Assembly (NCBI GenBank): GCA_964035545.1
Contig: OZ037765.1
Coordinates: 2,666,001-2,730,000, forward strand
Source of the DNA: Bugula neritina
Taxonomy: Eukaryota > Animalia > Bryozoa
Direction: 5' to 3'
DNA length: 64,000 nt
Shown here: in pieces, positions 35,911 to 64,000 of the stretch
Numbering within the stretch: position 1 is the first letter of the stretch
Layout: every line of letters starts with the position of its first letter
Made by a program: the position numbers and the translations under genes
Notes under the pieces: generated by a model
Seen by the model: only the letters and a program-made list of their open reading frames with translations
Databases searched by the model: none
Told to the model about the DNA's origin: nothing

Positions 35911-36842
35911 GCAGTTTCACTTTGCCTTCCTTCATAGTTGTCTTTATGATTCGAAACAGAACACAATTTTTTAATACTGTTTCTTAGTACAGCAATAATA
36001 TGTTTGAACTTTTGTGAGTGTACGGAAAATTATTTTTATAGAATTATTTGTCTGTTTGTCTCACATAATCTAAACAAACATCATTTAAATTTTTTTTTGC
36101 AGACATTTTGGTTTTAATTAGTGACAAGGAAGAATTATTGTTGCACATTATTTTGTCAGTTCACCTTTAAGTCATAACAAACTTGCATTCTTAATATTCT
36201 TAAAGTATTTACCAAGTTTGGATCATCTGCACAAATTGGTATCGTCTTGAGAATATATGAGTTTGTATTTACTTGTACACAATACCTTCTTGTAAATAAT
36301 GCTTGGAATACTGTACTTTATTTCCCTTGTATCATGTTATATTTACTGCTATTACCTTACAATGAGAACATAGGTTAACATAGAGCAGGTCAACTATACT
36401 GTATAAAGTTTATTAATAAAACTGTTTTATTTGGTCATTTGCAAAGAGATGTTGATTACTTCCCTATTCATTTATTATAAGTGTTTGCTATACAATAAGT
36501 GAAGTCCGTCTAACGTACTGTTCAAAAAGTCATTATCCCTTAGCACTAATAGTTTACTCCAAAAACAAATTTTGTATTTTTTGTCAGAAAATCAAATCTG
36601 TTATGTAATTTGGTTAGTCAAGAAAGTAACCACTGATGGCAATAAGACAGAATATCAGTAACTCATGTAATTATTGCATAATAATTAGATAGTCAATAAA
36701 CTCTTCCACTTATAATGAAGCACTAGTTTATTCATGGTTTAAATGGAGCTGAAAACTGAATTATTTAGGATGCTAGCAACATAATTTGATTCAAAGTATC
36801 ACAGGAGCAATTATATCAGATGTCATTCCATAACATCTCTAA

Positions 36843-37172
36843 AGGCCTGGCCACACGGTCGTGAGAGAAAATTTGAGGGAATTCAAACGAAATCGTCTTC
36901 ATTGGGTGTACACAACGAAGACGATGGACGACAATCACAATCAATAATAAGCACCATTTGATTGGTCAATAGAATTTTAGCAACAGTGATTATTTCATAT
37001 CTATCACGTTTCTCTGTTTGGCAATTTTCTGTTTGCATCTCGTGCAAGACTCATTCACTGACTATTTATTATGTGTTTTGTCCTACGGTGTGTGGCTAGT
37101 CATAACGATAGGATAACTCACGAAAATCGTCACACAATTTTGTGTGATTCTCACGAGGGTAAGGCCAGGCCT
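36843..37172. mobile_element. MITE, PIF/Harbinger (Tourist)-like
   Basis: TIR AGGCCTGGCC..TCGTGAGA at both ends, with TAA flanking both sides. Confidence 0.75.
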
Positions 37173-37647
37173 TAACACTGGGTCTAGCAGCGAAGGACCC
37201 AAACCCATGGCTAAATGCACAGTCCAATTCAGTGTTCTTTTCAACATAAGTTGTATTTATTCCGTGTTTATAAATTATTCATTCACTTTTATTTGCCCTG
37301 TAAATCAGCTCTCCAACATAGCACTAAAAGTATAACTTCTCAATATATCAACTCTAACGGAGTTCATTCACGAGACACGGTTTTGTATCCTACAAATATC
37401 AGCACATTCTATATAAACATTTTGTTGAGGCTTATAAGAGAAAAATGGTTTTGCTGTTGGCAGTTATTTTATGTTGCTTTTTATTAGTTTATTTTTATTG
37501 CTACTTGAAACTTAAAAATGTTTCAATAAAATATTTTTGATATAAAAATATATAAACTTGTTATTTACGAGAAAATCAGCAACATAGTTGAAAAGGCTGT
37601 TAGTATTAAGTATTTCAGTATTAAGCATTAGATTAAGAAAACTTCAG

Positions 37648-40986
<3,339 letters not shown>

Positions 40987-42964
40987 TGTTTGGTGTAGAA
41001 AACAGCTTTTTCGTATAATTTTACCAGAATATTTGAGTTTTTGAATTTAGTTTCCGTCACGTTCTAGAACCAATGTGCATTCTTTAACTTCTCTAAGCCA
41101 CTGTGATAAAGTGATATATTTCAAGTGATGCTAACAACTAAGGAAGCTTTTCAAATATCTATAATCATGTTAAGTGATCTTTATTGCTAAATTGTACATT
41201 TATAGCTTGTTTTATTTTTCTCCAACAACAACTGAATCAAGTAGATGGTCAAAATTAGATAATATATTGAACACACCAGCAATACAAACCCTTTATTCAG
41301 CTAATATATTACTGAATGAGTAAGTATAAAAAAGGAAAATGTAACATGATATAGCTAAATTGCTTTCTGAGTGCAATTACACAGAACTAAGACTTGCATG
41401 GTTGAAAAATTACCTCTCAACTTCCTTCTACATTTTAAAAAGTTTTAATATGTATAATTTGTGTACATTTATCAGCTAACCAGAGAAATAAAGTTAATTT
41501 TAAGTAAACTATTTGCTTCCCCACTATTGCTGTTGGCTTCTTTGTGTATTGTGGATGCAAAATAACATTTAAAAAAAGTAGCACATGCAGCCACACCTGT
41601 AATTAACCTCAGATGTATTATATTCTTTATTAAATCACTGCAGTTTACTTGTTATTGCATATCTATAACATGCCTTTAAAAGCTTTTACATCATTGTTCT
41701 GTACCTTGAAAACCTTTTTAACATCTTTATATAGAAGCTTTGTTCTCCACTAGGATTTGAATTCAAGACCTCTGGTTTGCAAGCTTGCTAACCGTTACAA
41801 TACAAGAGCTACTGGGTGATCTCAACACTGCACACCACAGGTGCAACTTTCCAGTTTCACACTTTCAGAGACGGCTAGACCCTGACCGGTAAAGAAACTG
41901 AAGCTCCACCAATAAGTCTGACCTTGAAAAGAGTCTCAGGGTGACCCATAGGCACTGTTTGTCATTCTCAGAGTTATATAAATGTAGTGTGTTGGCATTT
42001 CTAATAACTACATATTTCTGCATGGTAACCGCTCTGTTACAAGAAACACACTCAGAGGTATGACAACTCCAAAATGTGTTTAGTATTAATGCAAGATATT
42101 GGCATTGTTGACTGCGCTCATACAGGTGACGCTGTCTCAAATCACTTAAAGGTTTAGATAATGCAGCTTTGTTTAGCAATAACTTTAGCTAGTTGGATGA
42201 GGTCAGTTTGGAGCACATATTCAGGACTTGCATGTTCATGAATTTCGTACACAGTACCCCCAACATTCCCCCTTCCACCCCCCTTACTTTGATCACAAGT
42301 AATACATAAGGTCTATACTAAATAGTAATATATTGAATTGGTCTATATACATTAAACATACATCAACAAATTTAAAAGCTGATATAGTACTGTTTGCTCT
42401 ACTCAGAGTAATATTCTTGTGAATTTACGCATTCACAAATTATTGGGTATTTAAAGTTAAAGCAACACTGCCAAGTTAAAGTAGAATACAAAGCGTTCAT
42501 TTAAGTCAAAAGATACACAAGTAAAACTTTACACAAATAATAAAAGCACACTACATAATTGCAGACAGTTTAACACAACCTATCTAAATCAAAGTACATC
42601 GGTAGCGTAGTAATGTACCCACTGTTAGGCCGAGTATATTAGAGACGCTACGCATTAAGATAACAGAATATTAGCAGGAGAGTTGTCCTTTCCATATAAA
42701 ATGGTAACACAATTCCTTACAGTCATATGTATATGGGGACACAATCCTTTACAATATAAAAAATGGAAGCATTAATATTGTAGCAAATTCAAGCGTTGAA
42801 AAATAAGAATACATAACTACTATTCTATTTCTAATTTAGAACACAAGCTTTTCTCAAATTCTCCATTACTGCACCTACCTCATAGATGTTTGTTAAACAC
42901 TCATTTGCTAAATTTAAAACCATCAGTGTCAACCCACACTTTAGACCACATGGCATAAACCCAA

Positions 42965-43989
42965 TTTCACTTTAAGAGATACAGATACAGGAAATGAGCA
43001 GTTTCACTTTGCCTTCCTTCATAGTTATCTTTGTGATTCGAATTGGAACAAAATTTTTTATTACTCTTTCTTACTATACAGCAATTTAATATGTTTGAAC
43101 TTTTGTGATTGTACGCAGAATTATTTTTATAGAGTTATCTGTCTGTCTGTCTGTCTGTCTGTCTCACATAATCTAAACAAACACCATTTAAACTATTTAT
43201 CAAAGACATTTTGGTTTTAATTAGTGACAAGGAAGAATTATTGTTGCACATTGTTATGTCAGTCCACCTTTAAGTCATAACAAACTTGCATTCTTAATAT
43301 TCCTAAAGTATTTGCCATGTTTGGATCATCTGCACAAACTAGTATACCTTCTTGAGAATATATAAGTTTGTGTTTGCCTGTACACAATACCTTCTTGTAA
43401 ATAATCCTTGGAATACTGTACTTTATTTCACTTGTATCATGTTATATTTACTGCTATTACCTTACAATGATAACATAGGTTAACATAGAGCAGACCAACT
43501 GTACTGTATAAAATTTAATAATAAAACTCTTTTATTTGGTCATTTGCAAAGAGATGTTGATTACTTCCCTATTCATTTATTATAAGTGTTTGCTATACAA
43601 TAAGTGAAGTCCGTCTAACGTACTGTTCAAAAAGTCAATATCCTTTATCACTAATTATCCATTATCCATTATCCATTGTCTTTAGCACTAATAATATTTT
43701 ATTCTATAAAAATAATTTTGCATTTTTGTCAGAAAATCAAATCTGTAATGTAATTTGGCTAGTCAAGAAAGTAACCACTGATGGCAATAAGACAGAATAT
43801 CAGTAACTCATGTAATTATTGCATAATAATTAGATAGTTAATAAACTCTTCCACTTATAATGAAGCACTAGTTTATTCATGGTTTAAATGGAGCTGAAAA
43901 ATGAATTATTTATGATGCTATAGCAACATAATTTGAGTCAAAGTATCACAGGAGCAATTATATCAGATGTCGTTCCATAAAATCTCTAA
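42965..43989 (+). pseudogene. Duplicated fragment of the CACTIN last codons, 3'UTR and downstream DNA
   Basis: tttcactttaagagatacagatacaggaaatgagcagtttcactttgcc matches 35878 onward and stays colinear for about 1 kb. Confidence 0.9.
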
Positions 43990-44336
43990 AGGCCTGGCCA
44001 CACACGAAATCGTCTATTTGATATGAAAACTAAATCATACGAGGGAATTCAAACGAAATCGTCTTCGGTGGGTGTACACAAGAAAACGATGGACGAAAAT
44101 CGCAATCAATGATAAGCACCATTTGATTGGTCAATAGAATTTTAGCAACAGTGATTATTTCATTTCTATCACGTTTTCTGTTTGGCGGTTTTCTGTTGTT
44201 TGTATCTCGGGCAAGACTCATTCACTGACTATTATGTGTTTCGTCCGACGAGTGTGTGGCTGGTTATAATGAGAGCATAACTCCCGAAAATCGTCACACA
44301 ATTTTGTGTGATTCTCACGAGAGTAAGGCCAGGCCT
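43990..44336. mobile_element. Paralogous copy of the Harbinger-like MITE, carried in the duplication
   Basis: Same AGGCCTGGCC TIRs and interior as 36843-37172, at the homologous position. Confidence 0.75.
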
Positions 44337-44806
44337 TACCACTGGGTCTAGCAGCGAAGGACCCAAACCCATGGCCAAATGCACAGTCCAATTCAGTGTT
44401 CTTTTCAACATAAGTTGTACGTCTTCGGTGTCTATAAATTATTCATTCACTTTTATTTGCCCTGTAAATCAGTTCTCCAACATAGCAAGAGTAAAAAGAT
44501 TGAAAGTATAACTTCTCAATACATCAATTCACACAGAGTGCATTCACGAGACACGGTTTTGTATCCTACGAATATCTGCACATTTTATATAAAATTTTTG
44601 TTGAGGCTTATAAGGGAAAAATGGTTTTGCTGTTGGCTATTATTTTATGTTGTTTTTTACTAGTTTATTTTTATTACTACTTGAAACTTAAAAATGTTTC
44701 AATAAAATATTTTTGTCATAAACTTATTATTTACGAGAAAATCGTCAACATAGTTGAAACGTTTGCTAGTGTTCTAGTATTAAGCATTGGAGTCAAAAAA
44801 CTTCAG

Positions 44807-57548
<12,742 letters not shown>

Positions 57549-58316
57549 TGTTTGGTGTAAAAAACAGCGTTTCTGTATTTTACCAGAATATTCGAATTTT
57601 TGAATTTGGATTTCGTCAGGTTCTAGAACCAATGTGTATTCTTTAGCTTCTCTAAGCCACTGTGATAAAGTGATATACTTCAAGTGATGCTAACAACTAA
57701 GGAATCCTTTCAAATATCCATCATGTTAAGTGATCTTTATTGCTAAATTGTACATTTATAGCTTGTTTTATTTTTCTCCAACAACAACTGACTCAAGTAG
57801 ATGGTCAAAATTAGATAATATATTGAACACACCATGCAGTCATATACAAACCTTTTATTCAGCTAATATATTACTGAATGAATAAGTATAAGAAAGGAAA
57901 ATGTAACATGATATAGCTAAATTCCTTTCTGAGTGCAACTATACAGAATAAATACTTGCATGCTTGAAAAATTACCTCTCATGCAACTTCCTTCTACATT
58001 TTAAAAAGTTTTAATATGTATATTTTTTGCACATTTATCAGCTAACGTGAACAATGGAGTTAATTTTAAGTAAGCAATTTGCCTTCTCACGTTAATGCTT
58101 TTGACTTCGTTGTGTATTGTGAATGCAAAAAACATTTACAAAAAGTAGCACAGCCACACCTATAATTAACCTCAGATACTACATTCCTTATTAAGTCACT
58201 GCAGTTTACTTGTTATTGCATATCTATAACATGTCTGTAAAAGCTTTTACATCATTGTTCTCTACTTTGAAAACTTTTACACATCTTTTTATAGAAGCTT
58301 TGTTCTTCACTATAAG

Positions 58317-58376
58317 GATTTGAATTGGAGACCTCTGGCTTGCAAGCTCGCTAACTGCTACACTACAGGAGCTACT
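58317..58376 (-). mobile_element. Possible degenerate tRNA-derived SINE head (paralogue at about 41754-41812)
   Basis: gtagctcctgtagtgtagcagttagcgagcttgcaagccagaggtctccaattcaaatcc has weak A-box and B-box resemblance. Confidence 0.3.
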
Positions 58377-60426
58377 GGGTATTCTCAACACTACACACCA
58401 CAGGTGCAACTTTCCAGTTTCACAGTTCCAGAGACGGCTAGATTCTGGCCGGTAAAAATCCAACTTCTACCAACTCTGAGCTTGAAAAGAATATCAGAAT
58501 GACTCATAAGCACTGTTTGTCAGTCTCAGAGTTGTATGAATATGTAGTGTGTTGGCCTCTCCAATAACAACATATTTCTATATGTGGTGACAGCTCTGTT
58601 GGGTAGTTTGTGGATTGAATTTGACTGAATCAGTAACATTTCTTTTTAGCAGAACTCAATGTATTTTATATTTTCAGGAAGTTCATACGACAAATAGAGT
58701 CACACAAAAACTGCAGTTTTGAATATAAATACAAAAAGTATTATATTGGTTTTACAAGTAACACACTAATAGGTACAACAACTCCAAAATGTGTTAACTA
58801 TTAATGCAAAAGTATTGGCATTGTTGACTGCACAAACACACGTGACGCTGTCTCAAATCACTTAAAAGTTTAAATGGTGCAGCTTTGTTTAGCAATAGCC
58901 TTAGCTGAAATCAGTTTGGAGCACAGATTCATGATTTGCATGTTCATGAATTCTGTACACAGTACCCCTAACATTCCCCCTTCCACCCCTCTTACTTTGA
59001 TCACAAGTAATACAATGAGGTCTATATACTAAATAGTGGTATATTGAATTCATCTATATACATTAAATATATGTCAACAAATTCAAAAGCTGATATAGTA
59101 CTGTTTGCTCTACTCCGAGTAATATAAAAAATGGAAGCATCAATATTGTAGCAAACTCAACCTTTGAAAAATCAGAATATACATAGCTACTACTCTATTT
59201 CTAATCTAGAACACAGGCTTTTCTCAACTTCTTCATTACTGCACCTACCTCAGAAATGTTTGTTAAACACTCAATTGCTAAATTTAAAACCAACATGGTC
59301 AACCCACACTCTAGACCCCATGGCATAAACCCAATACGGAAAAATCAGAATACATAAAATACAGAGCACTGTTAAGGACTCTACAACTATAACTCTAAAG
59401 CTTTGAGGTAGACCGTTTTATTTAATAGGTGTGCAATGTCAAGCTGGAGTGCTGTGTTCAACTGTAGAATAACTAGCACATGTTCAACTCTGGTCAGAAG
59501 ACAACTTCAAATAACATTAATTATTTTATATTCACAGTTGTCCCACCAATACAAGCTAAAATTCTCAACCTATAAATTTTTCCATGGAAGTAATGTAGTC
59601 AAAAAGAGGAGCTTCATCAATTAAATATAAAAGTGTTGATTACAAAACACCCTTGAAAAGTTATTAAGGCGTTAAACTGCCTTTAAAACGTTTAATTTTA
59701 AGTGAAATGCAAAGAAATTATATTTTATCATTCTAGCTAAAAGGAAGTATAGGATTGCAGAGTTAAAAGTGCAAAAGTTCAAAAAATTATAGAGCTAGGT
59801 TTTTGAATATGGTGTGCTTTCTACCAATAATCAGAAGCTTTCATTGTAATAGTTTTAGGATAGCTAAAGACTGTACTTTTATGATGCTATAGCAACATAA
59901 TTTGAGAATTTTTAAAGCAGCACAAATAGCAATTATAATCGTATATGTCCTTATTACCAGGTATAACGTCTAGGGACTCGAACCTATGACCAAATGCATA
60001 GTCTGATCCAGATTTTCAACATAAGTTAAATTTATTGTGTGGTTTTAAATTATTCATTCACTTTTTGCACTGAAAATCAGCTCTTCAACAAACAGAGGGA
60101 AAATATCAAACATATAGCCTAAACTCTTATATAACCTCAATTGTCACAGAATGCATTCACAAGACACTGCTTTATACCTTACGAATATCAGCAAATTTCA
60201 AACATTTTACTGTCGATGAAAGGGGCTAAAGGTTCTTGGCATTTAGCAAGCATTTTAGATTGATTTTTACTAGTTCATGTTTATTGCTACATAGTACTCA
60301 TAAGAGTTTACAAATTTTTCAATGTATTAAAAATTTAAAACAAAAATTTTGGAACGAAAATTGTCACTCGTGTAAAAATTTATAAATTAGGCTTTCCAAT
60401 ACTAGCTTAATTCAAAAAACTTTCAG

Positions 60427-60638
60427 CTATTTAGTGCAGACGACACAAGTCAGCTGCTTATCTGCTTCATAAGGTGGACAGTGTACTGTGCTGCCAGTTC
60501 CAGAGCAGTCAGCTTTTACAAAGCAAAGCCGAGATCCTTCAGCATTTCCTTCCGTTACTCTGATGTATTCAGGCTCAGCATCCACACACTCGTAGGTGGT
60601 GGGGTGGGGGTGTTTGTAAAAATTCGCCATCAAATAAC
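60427..60638 (-). CDS. Last exon of a third short-chain collagen C4-like gene (copy C); upstream exons lie beyond the LINE or window end
   Basis: ag|GT TAT TTG ATG...HPTTYECVDAEPEYIR...CPPYEADKQLTCVVCTK*. The flanking intron is similar to copy A. Confidence 0.8.
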
Positions 60639-60761
60639 CTAAAGAAACAATTGACTACTTTAAACATAAAATGATTCAAAAGAATTAACTAATTAGTCTT
60701 GTAGTACTATACAAAGAAAAGTTTGAAAGTGTGTCAATAACTTATATATATAGTTGTATCA

Positions 60762-63700
60762 TCTCTTTCTCTCTTTCTCTCTTTCTCTCTCTCTCTTGCA
60801 GTCAGTCGATACGACTATGACTGTTTTATGGATTCGGCTTAAATTTGGTTGCAGCTCTCCACGCAGCTCTGTTGTCAGCCGTCTGCTGCCAAGAACCCAA
60901 GTTTATTGCTTTCCATTTCATATTCCTCTTAGCAACATCTTTAAGTCTGAGTCTAGGTCGCCCTGTGTTTTGTTTACCCTCTTTCAGCTGAGAGTAGAGC
61001 AATTGTCTTGGTAGCCGGCTATGTTCTATCCTGTGCACTTGGCCTAGCCATCTCAGGTTCTTTTCTTTAAGGATGTCAGCCATGCTTGGAAAATTGTCAC
61101 GTCTTAATATTTTTTCATTCGCAATTTTATCATACCATTTTACAGCCATTATGTCTCTCAGTTGCCTGATCATGAAAGCGCTTAGCTTCTTCACCTGCGT
61201 CCTGTATATTGTCCATGTTTCTGCTCCATACAGCAGGCTTGAAAGCACCACCGCTCTGTAATTTTTACACTTTACCCTGATGGATACATGTCTGTTGTTC
61301 CAGAGTCTCTGCTGCAGCTTTCCGTAAGCCGCACTTGCTTTGCCTAGTCTGCTCCGTAGCTCTTTATCTATTTTTGCCGTACAGGAAACAGTGCTTCCTA
61401 GATAAGTAAAGTCTGAGGCAAGTACAACTGGTTCTTGATCTATCATGACAACTTCAGGTTCAGGTGGAGGGCGAATGAGTTTGATTGGCTGGTACATGTA
61501 TTATGTATTTTTAATGTTGATTTTTAAGCTAAACTGAGCCGCTGCTTTTGCAAAGTTGTTCACTAGCACTTGCATATCTGCAGCGCAATGTGCCACCAAA
61601 GCACTGTCATCAGCAAACAACATCTTTCTGACTAGGTGTTTGGTAGTACGGGTCTTAGACTTGAACTGAGCCACATCAAAGAGATCAGCCCCATGTCGAG
61701 TTTGAATATAAATTCCTTCATTTGCATTTTTAAATGCCACTTTAAGCATAGCGGTCAAGTATAATGAAAATAGTGTGGGAGCAAGAACACACCCCTGCTT
61801 GACACCATTGGTTACTGCAAACTCATTTGAAGCAACTCTACCTTGCACTACCTTGGCTTGCATGCCTGCATGAAGAGCTTTTATCAGGTTGGTGACTTTC
61901 TCAGTTAAGCCAAACTTCTTCAGTACTCTCCAGTAGAGCTCATTTCTTGATACTGTATCAAAGGCTTTTGTAAAATCTATAAATACAGCATACAGCTCCA
62001 TGTTCTGTTCAGCACATTTTTCTTGAATTTGGCAAAAGCTAAATATCATATCAATGGTGCTCCTGCTGTTTCGAAAGCCACACTGTGTTTCTGAAAATAT
62101 TCCTGGAGTTATATTTACATTGATTCTGTTGAGGATGATACGGGCCATAATCTTTCTAGCTATAGACAAAAGCGAGATTCCTCTATAATTTCTAAAGTCC
62201 TTCCTATTACCCTTTTTAAAAATGGGCGCAATGTTTGCATCTTTCCAGTTTTGTGGCATATTCTCGTTACTCCATATATAAGCAATCGAATCATATAGTT
62301 TGTCTTTAAGCCTGATTCCACTGTACTTCCACACCTCAGCTGGAATGCCACATTCTCCAAGAGCTTTATTCTCCTTGGTTGCATCTATAGCATCCAGAAG
62401 CTTATCAAAACTTGGCATATCATCTAGACTTAAATTGGGTGGCATATTTATGAGAATATTGAGAGCTTCCTGATCCACTTCCCACGGTACATTCAGCAAC
62501 AGGTCAAAATGTTGGGCGAACCTTTTTAAGGTATCATTCTTTGCTGTAAGTACTGTTTCACCACTTTGGTCCAGCAATTGGGCGGTTCCCCTGTTCTGTG
62601 GCCCATAAAATTTTCTAAGGCCATCGTCGAATGCTTTCATGTTGTTTTTATCAGCTGCCTGTTGGAGTGATTCTGCTTTTTCTTCCCACCATTGAGACTT
62701 TTTTCCTCGAGTGTATTTTTGCAACTTGCTGCGTGCTTGCGCTAATCGGTCAGTGCTACTTCTTGTTCTCCTGTGTAGTGCTTTTGAGTTAGCCTTATTT
62801 CGTTCATTTGGTAATGCATTCAGCTTTGCATCATTGTCATCAAACCAACCCTGATGCTTTCTTTCTGCTCTACCTAAGACTTTGGAAGCTGTGTTGAAGG
62901 CTGAGATCTTTAACCTTTCCCATCTCTCTTCTAAGGTTACACCTTCATCATCTCTATAGTCCATTGCCTTATCCATCTGTTTCTGAAACTCCTGTAGCAT
63001 ATCCTCATTTTGTAGTTTCCCCACATTTAGTTTGCATGCTGAATTGCCTCTTGTCTTGTTCTTTGCTTTCCTTAATGCAAAAGCTAGCTTGGACCTGATC
63101 ATGATATGGTCAGTTGAGCAATCAGCACCTCTCATTGCCCTAGTATCTAGCACATTATTCTGGTCTTTCCGTCTTGTAATCACATAATCCAGGAGGTGCC
63201 AATGCTGAGAACATAGGTGCATTCAAGTGACTTTATAATGCTGCCTGTGTGTGCCAGGATAGGCTTATTGAGTTGGCTAGCAACAAGCATCGAGCAATAC
63301 TTTCTTAATCTTTGAATTTTATTTACTCTTTGTCTTGTACAAAAATACATACATAAGTAAACTTCAAATAACATCAACAAAAACATAAAACTTCAAACTT
63401 ATAATTCTACTTACAAACATCAGCTCTTTATAGCGCCTTCCTGACAAGTGAACTGCTAATACTTCTAATACATTAAAAATAACATAACCAAAAAGCTAAC
63501 AAAATAGCTGAACAAGCTGCAAAAAGCTAACATATATTGTTTATTCAAATTTTGGCAAAGAGCCAGGATTTTCTCCCTGGCACACTGTGCTTGAATACTG
63601 TGTTCGTGATAACAAACTGGTATTCAGAACAGAATGTCAGTAGCAGCTCTCCATTTGTGTTACATTTTCCAACTCCTTGATTACCAATAACGCCTGGCCA

Positions 63701-64000
63701 ATTTTTTTGAGCTTCACACTCTACTCTTGCATTACAGTCATTGGCTATAATCAGTTTGTCTGAGATGGATATATTTTTTACTGTTTCTCTCAGTTTATTG
63801 CAAAAATCCTCTTTCTTTTCTTCCGAATTTGTCATTGTTGGAGTGTAAGCACTTACTATTGTCACATAATGATTCTTTTTCAGTGGCAGTCTCATGGTTA
63901 TAATTCTATCACTTATTGCTGTTGGTTCTTGTTCTAGATAAGGCATAATTGTATTCCTAATAGCAAACCCCACCCCTAATTCTCTTCTTTCTTTCTCACC
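60762..64000 (-). mobile_element. RTE-clade LINE (APE endonuclease plus RT), decayed; 5' end outside the window
   Basis: GVGFAI...DRIITMRLPL...SAYTPT endonuclease; NYRGISLLS, FIDFTKAFD, GVKQGCVLAPTLF and LFADD RT; RLPRQLLYS...GRPRLR C-terminus without a CCHC finger; (AG)n 3' tail. In-frame stops at 63223 and 61501. Confidence 0.92.
63249..63585. mobile_element. 337-bp MITE nested in the LINE endonuclease
   Basis: 10-bp TIR GTGTGCCAGG and TGT on both sides. Removing it restores FKHRQHYKVT*MHLCSQHWHLLDY. Confidence 0.8.

Noticed and set aside
37144-37487. ORFs repeated at 44308-44663 suggesting a conserved small gene
   Set aside because: The similarity comes from the recent tandem duplication. 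The ORFs span a MITE end and the antisense collagen 3' region.

Overview
AT-rich, intron-rich animal genomic DNA (probably an invertebrate; the species cannot be fixed from the sequence). The left half holds four genes: the 5' end of HDAC3 (-), a complete 17-exon condensin subunit NCAPG (-), a complete 16-exon CACTIN (+) head-to-head with NCAPG, and a galactose-3-O-sulfotransferase-like gene (-) nested antisense in CACTIN intron 2 beside a 3.2 kb TIR element. The right half is a tandem array of three secreted short-chain-collagen (C4/spongin-type NC1) genes (-). It is invaded by a full-length Ty3/Gypsy element with an extra C2H2 zinc-finger ORF, a related solo LTR, an RTE-type LINE and MITEs. 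The most unusual signal is a set of 0.7-1.6 kb non-coding, mutually non-identical tracts with a strand-symmetric 6-bp phase (roughly W-S-W-S-W-W; words such as TTAGAC, TTACTC, ATACTC, ATAGTG). They lie just after the first splice donor of all four genes in the left half, and similar sequence appears inside two transposons. This is a candidate promoter-proximal DNA signal. A second oddity is intronic minisatellites built from the splice donors themselves. All gene models and patterns were read by eye; no searches or statistics were run.
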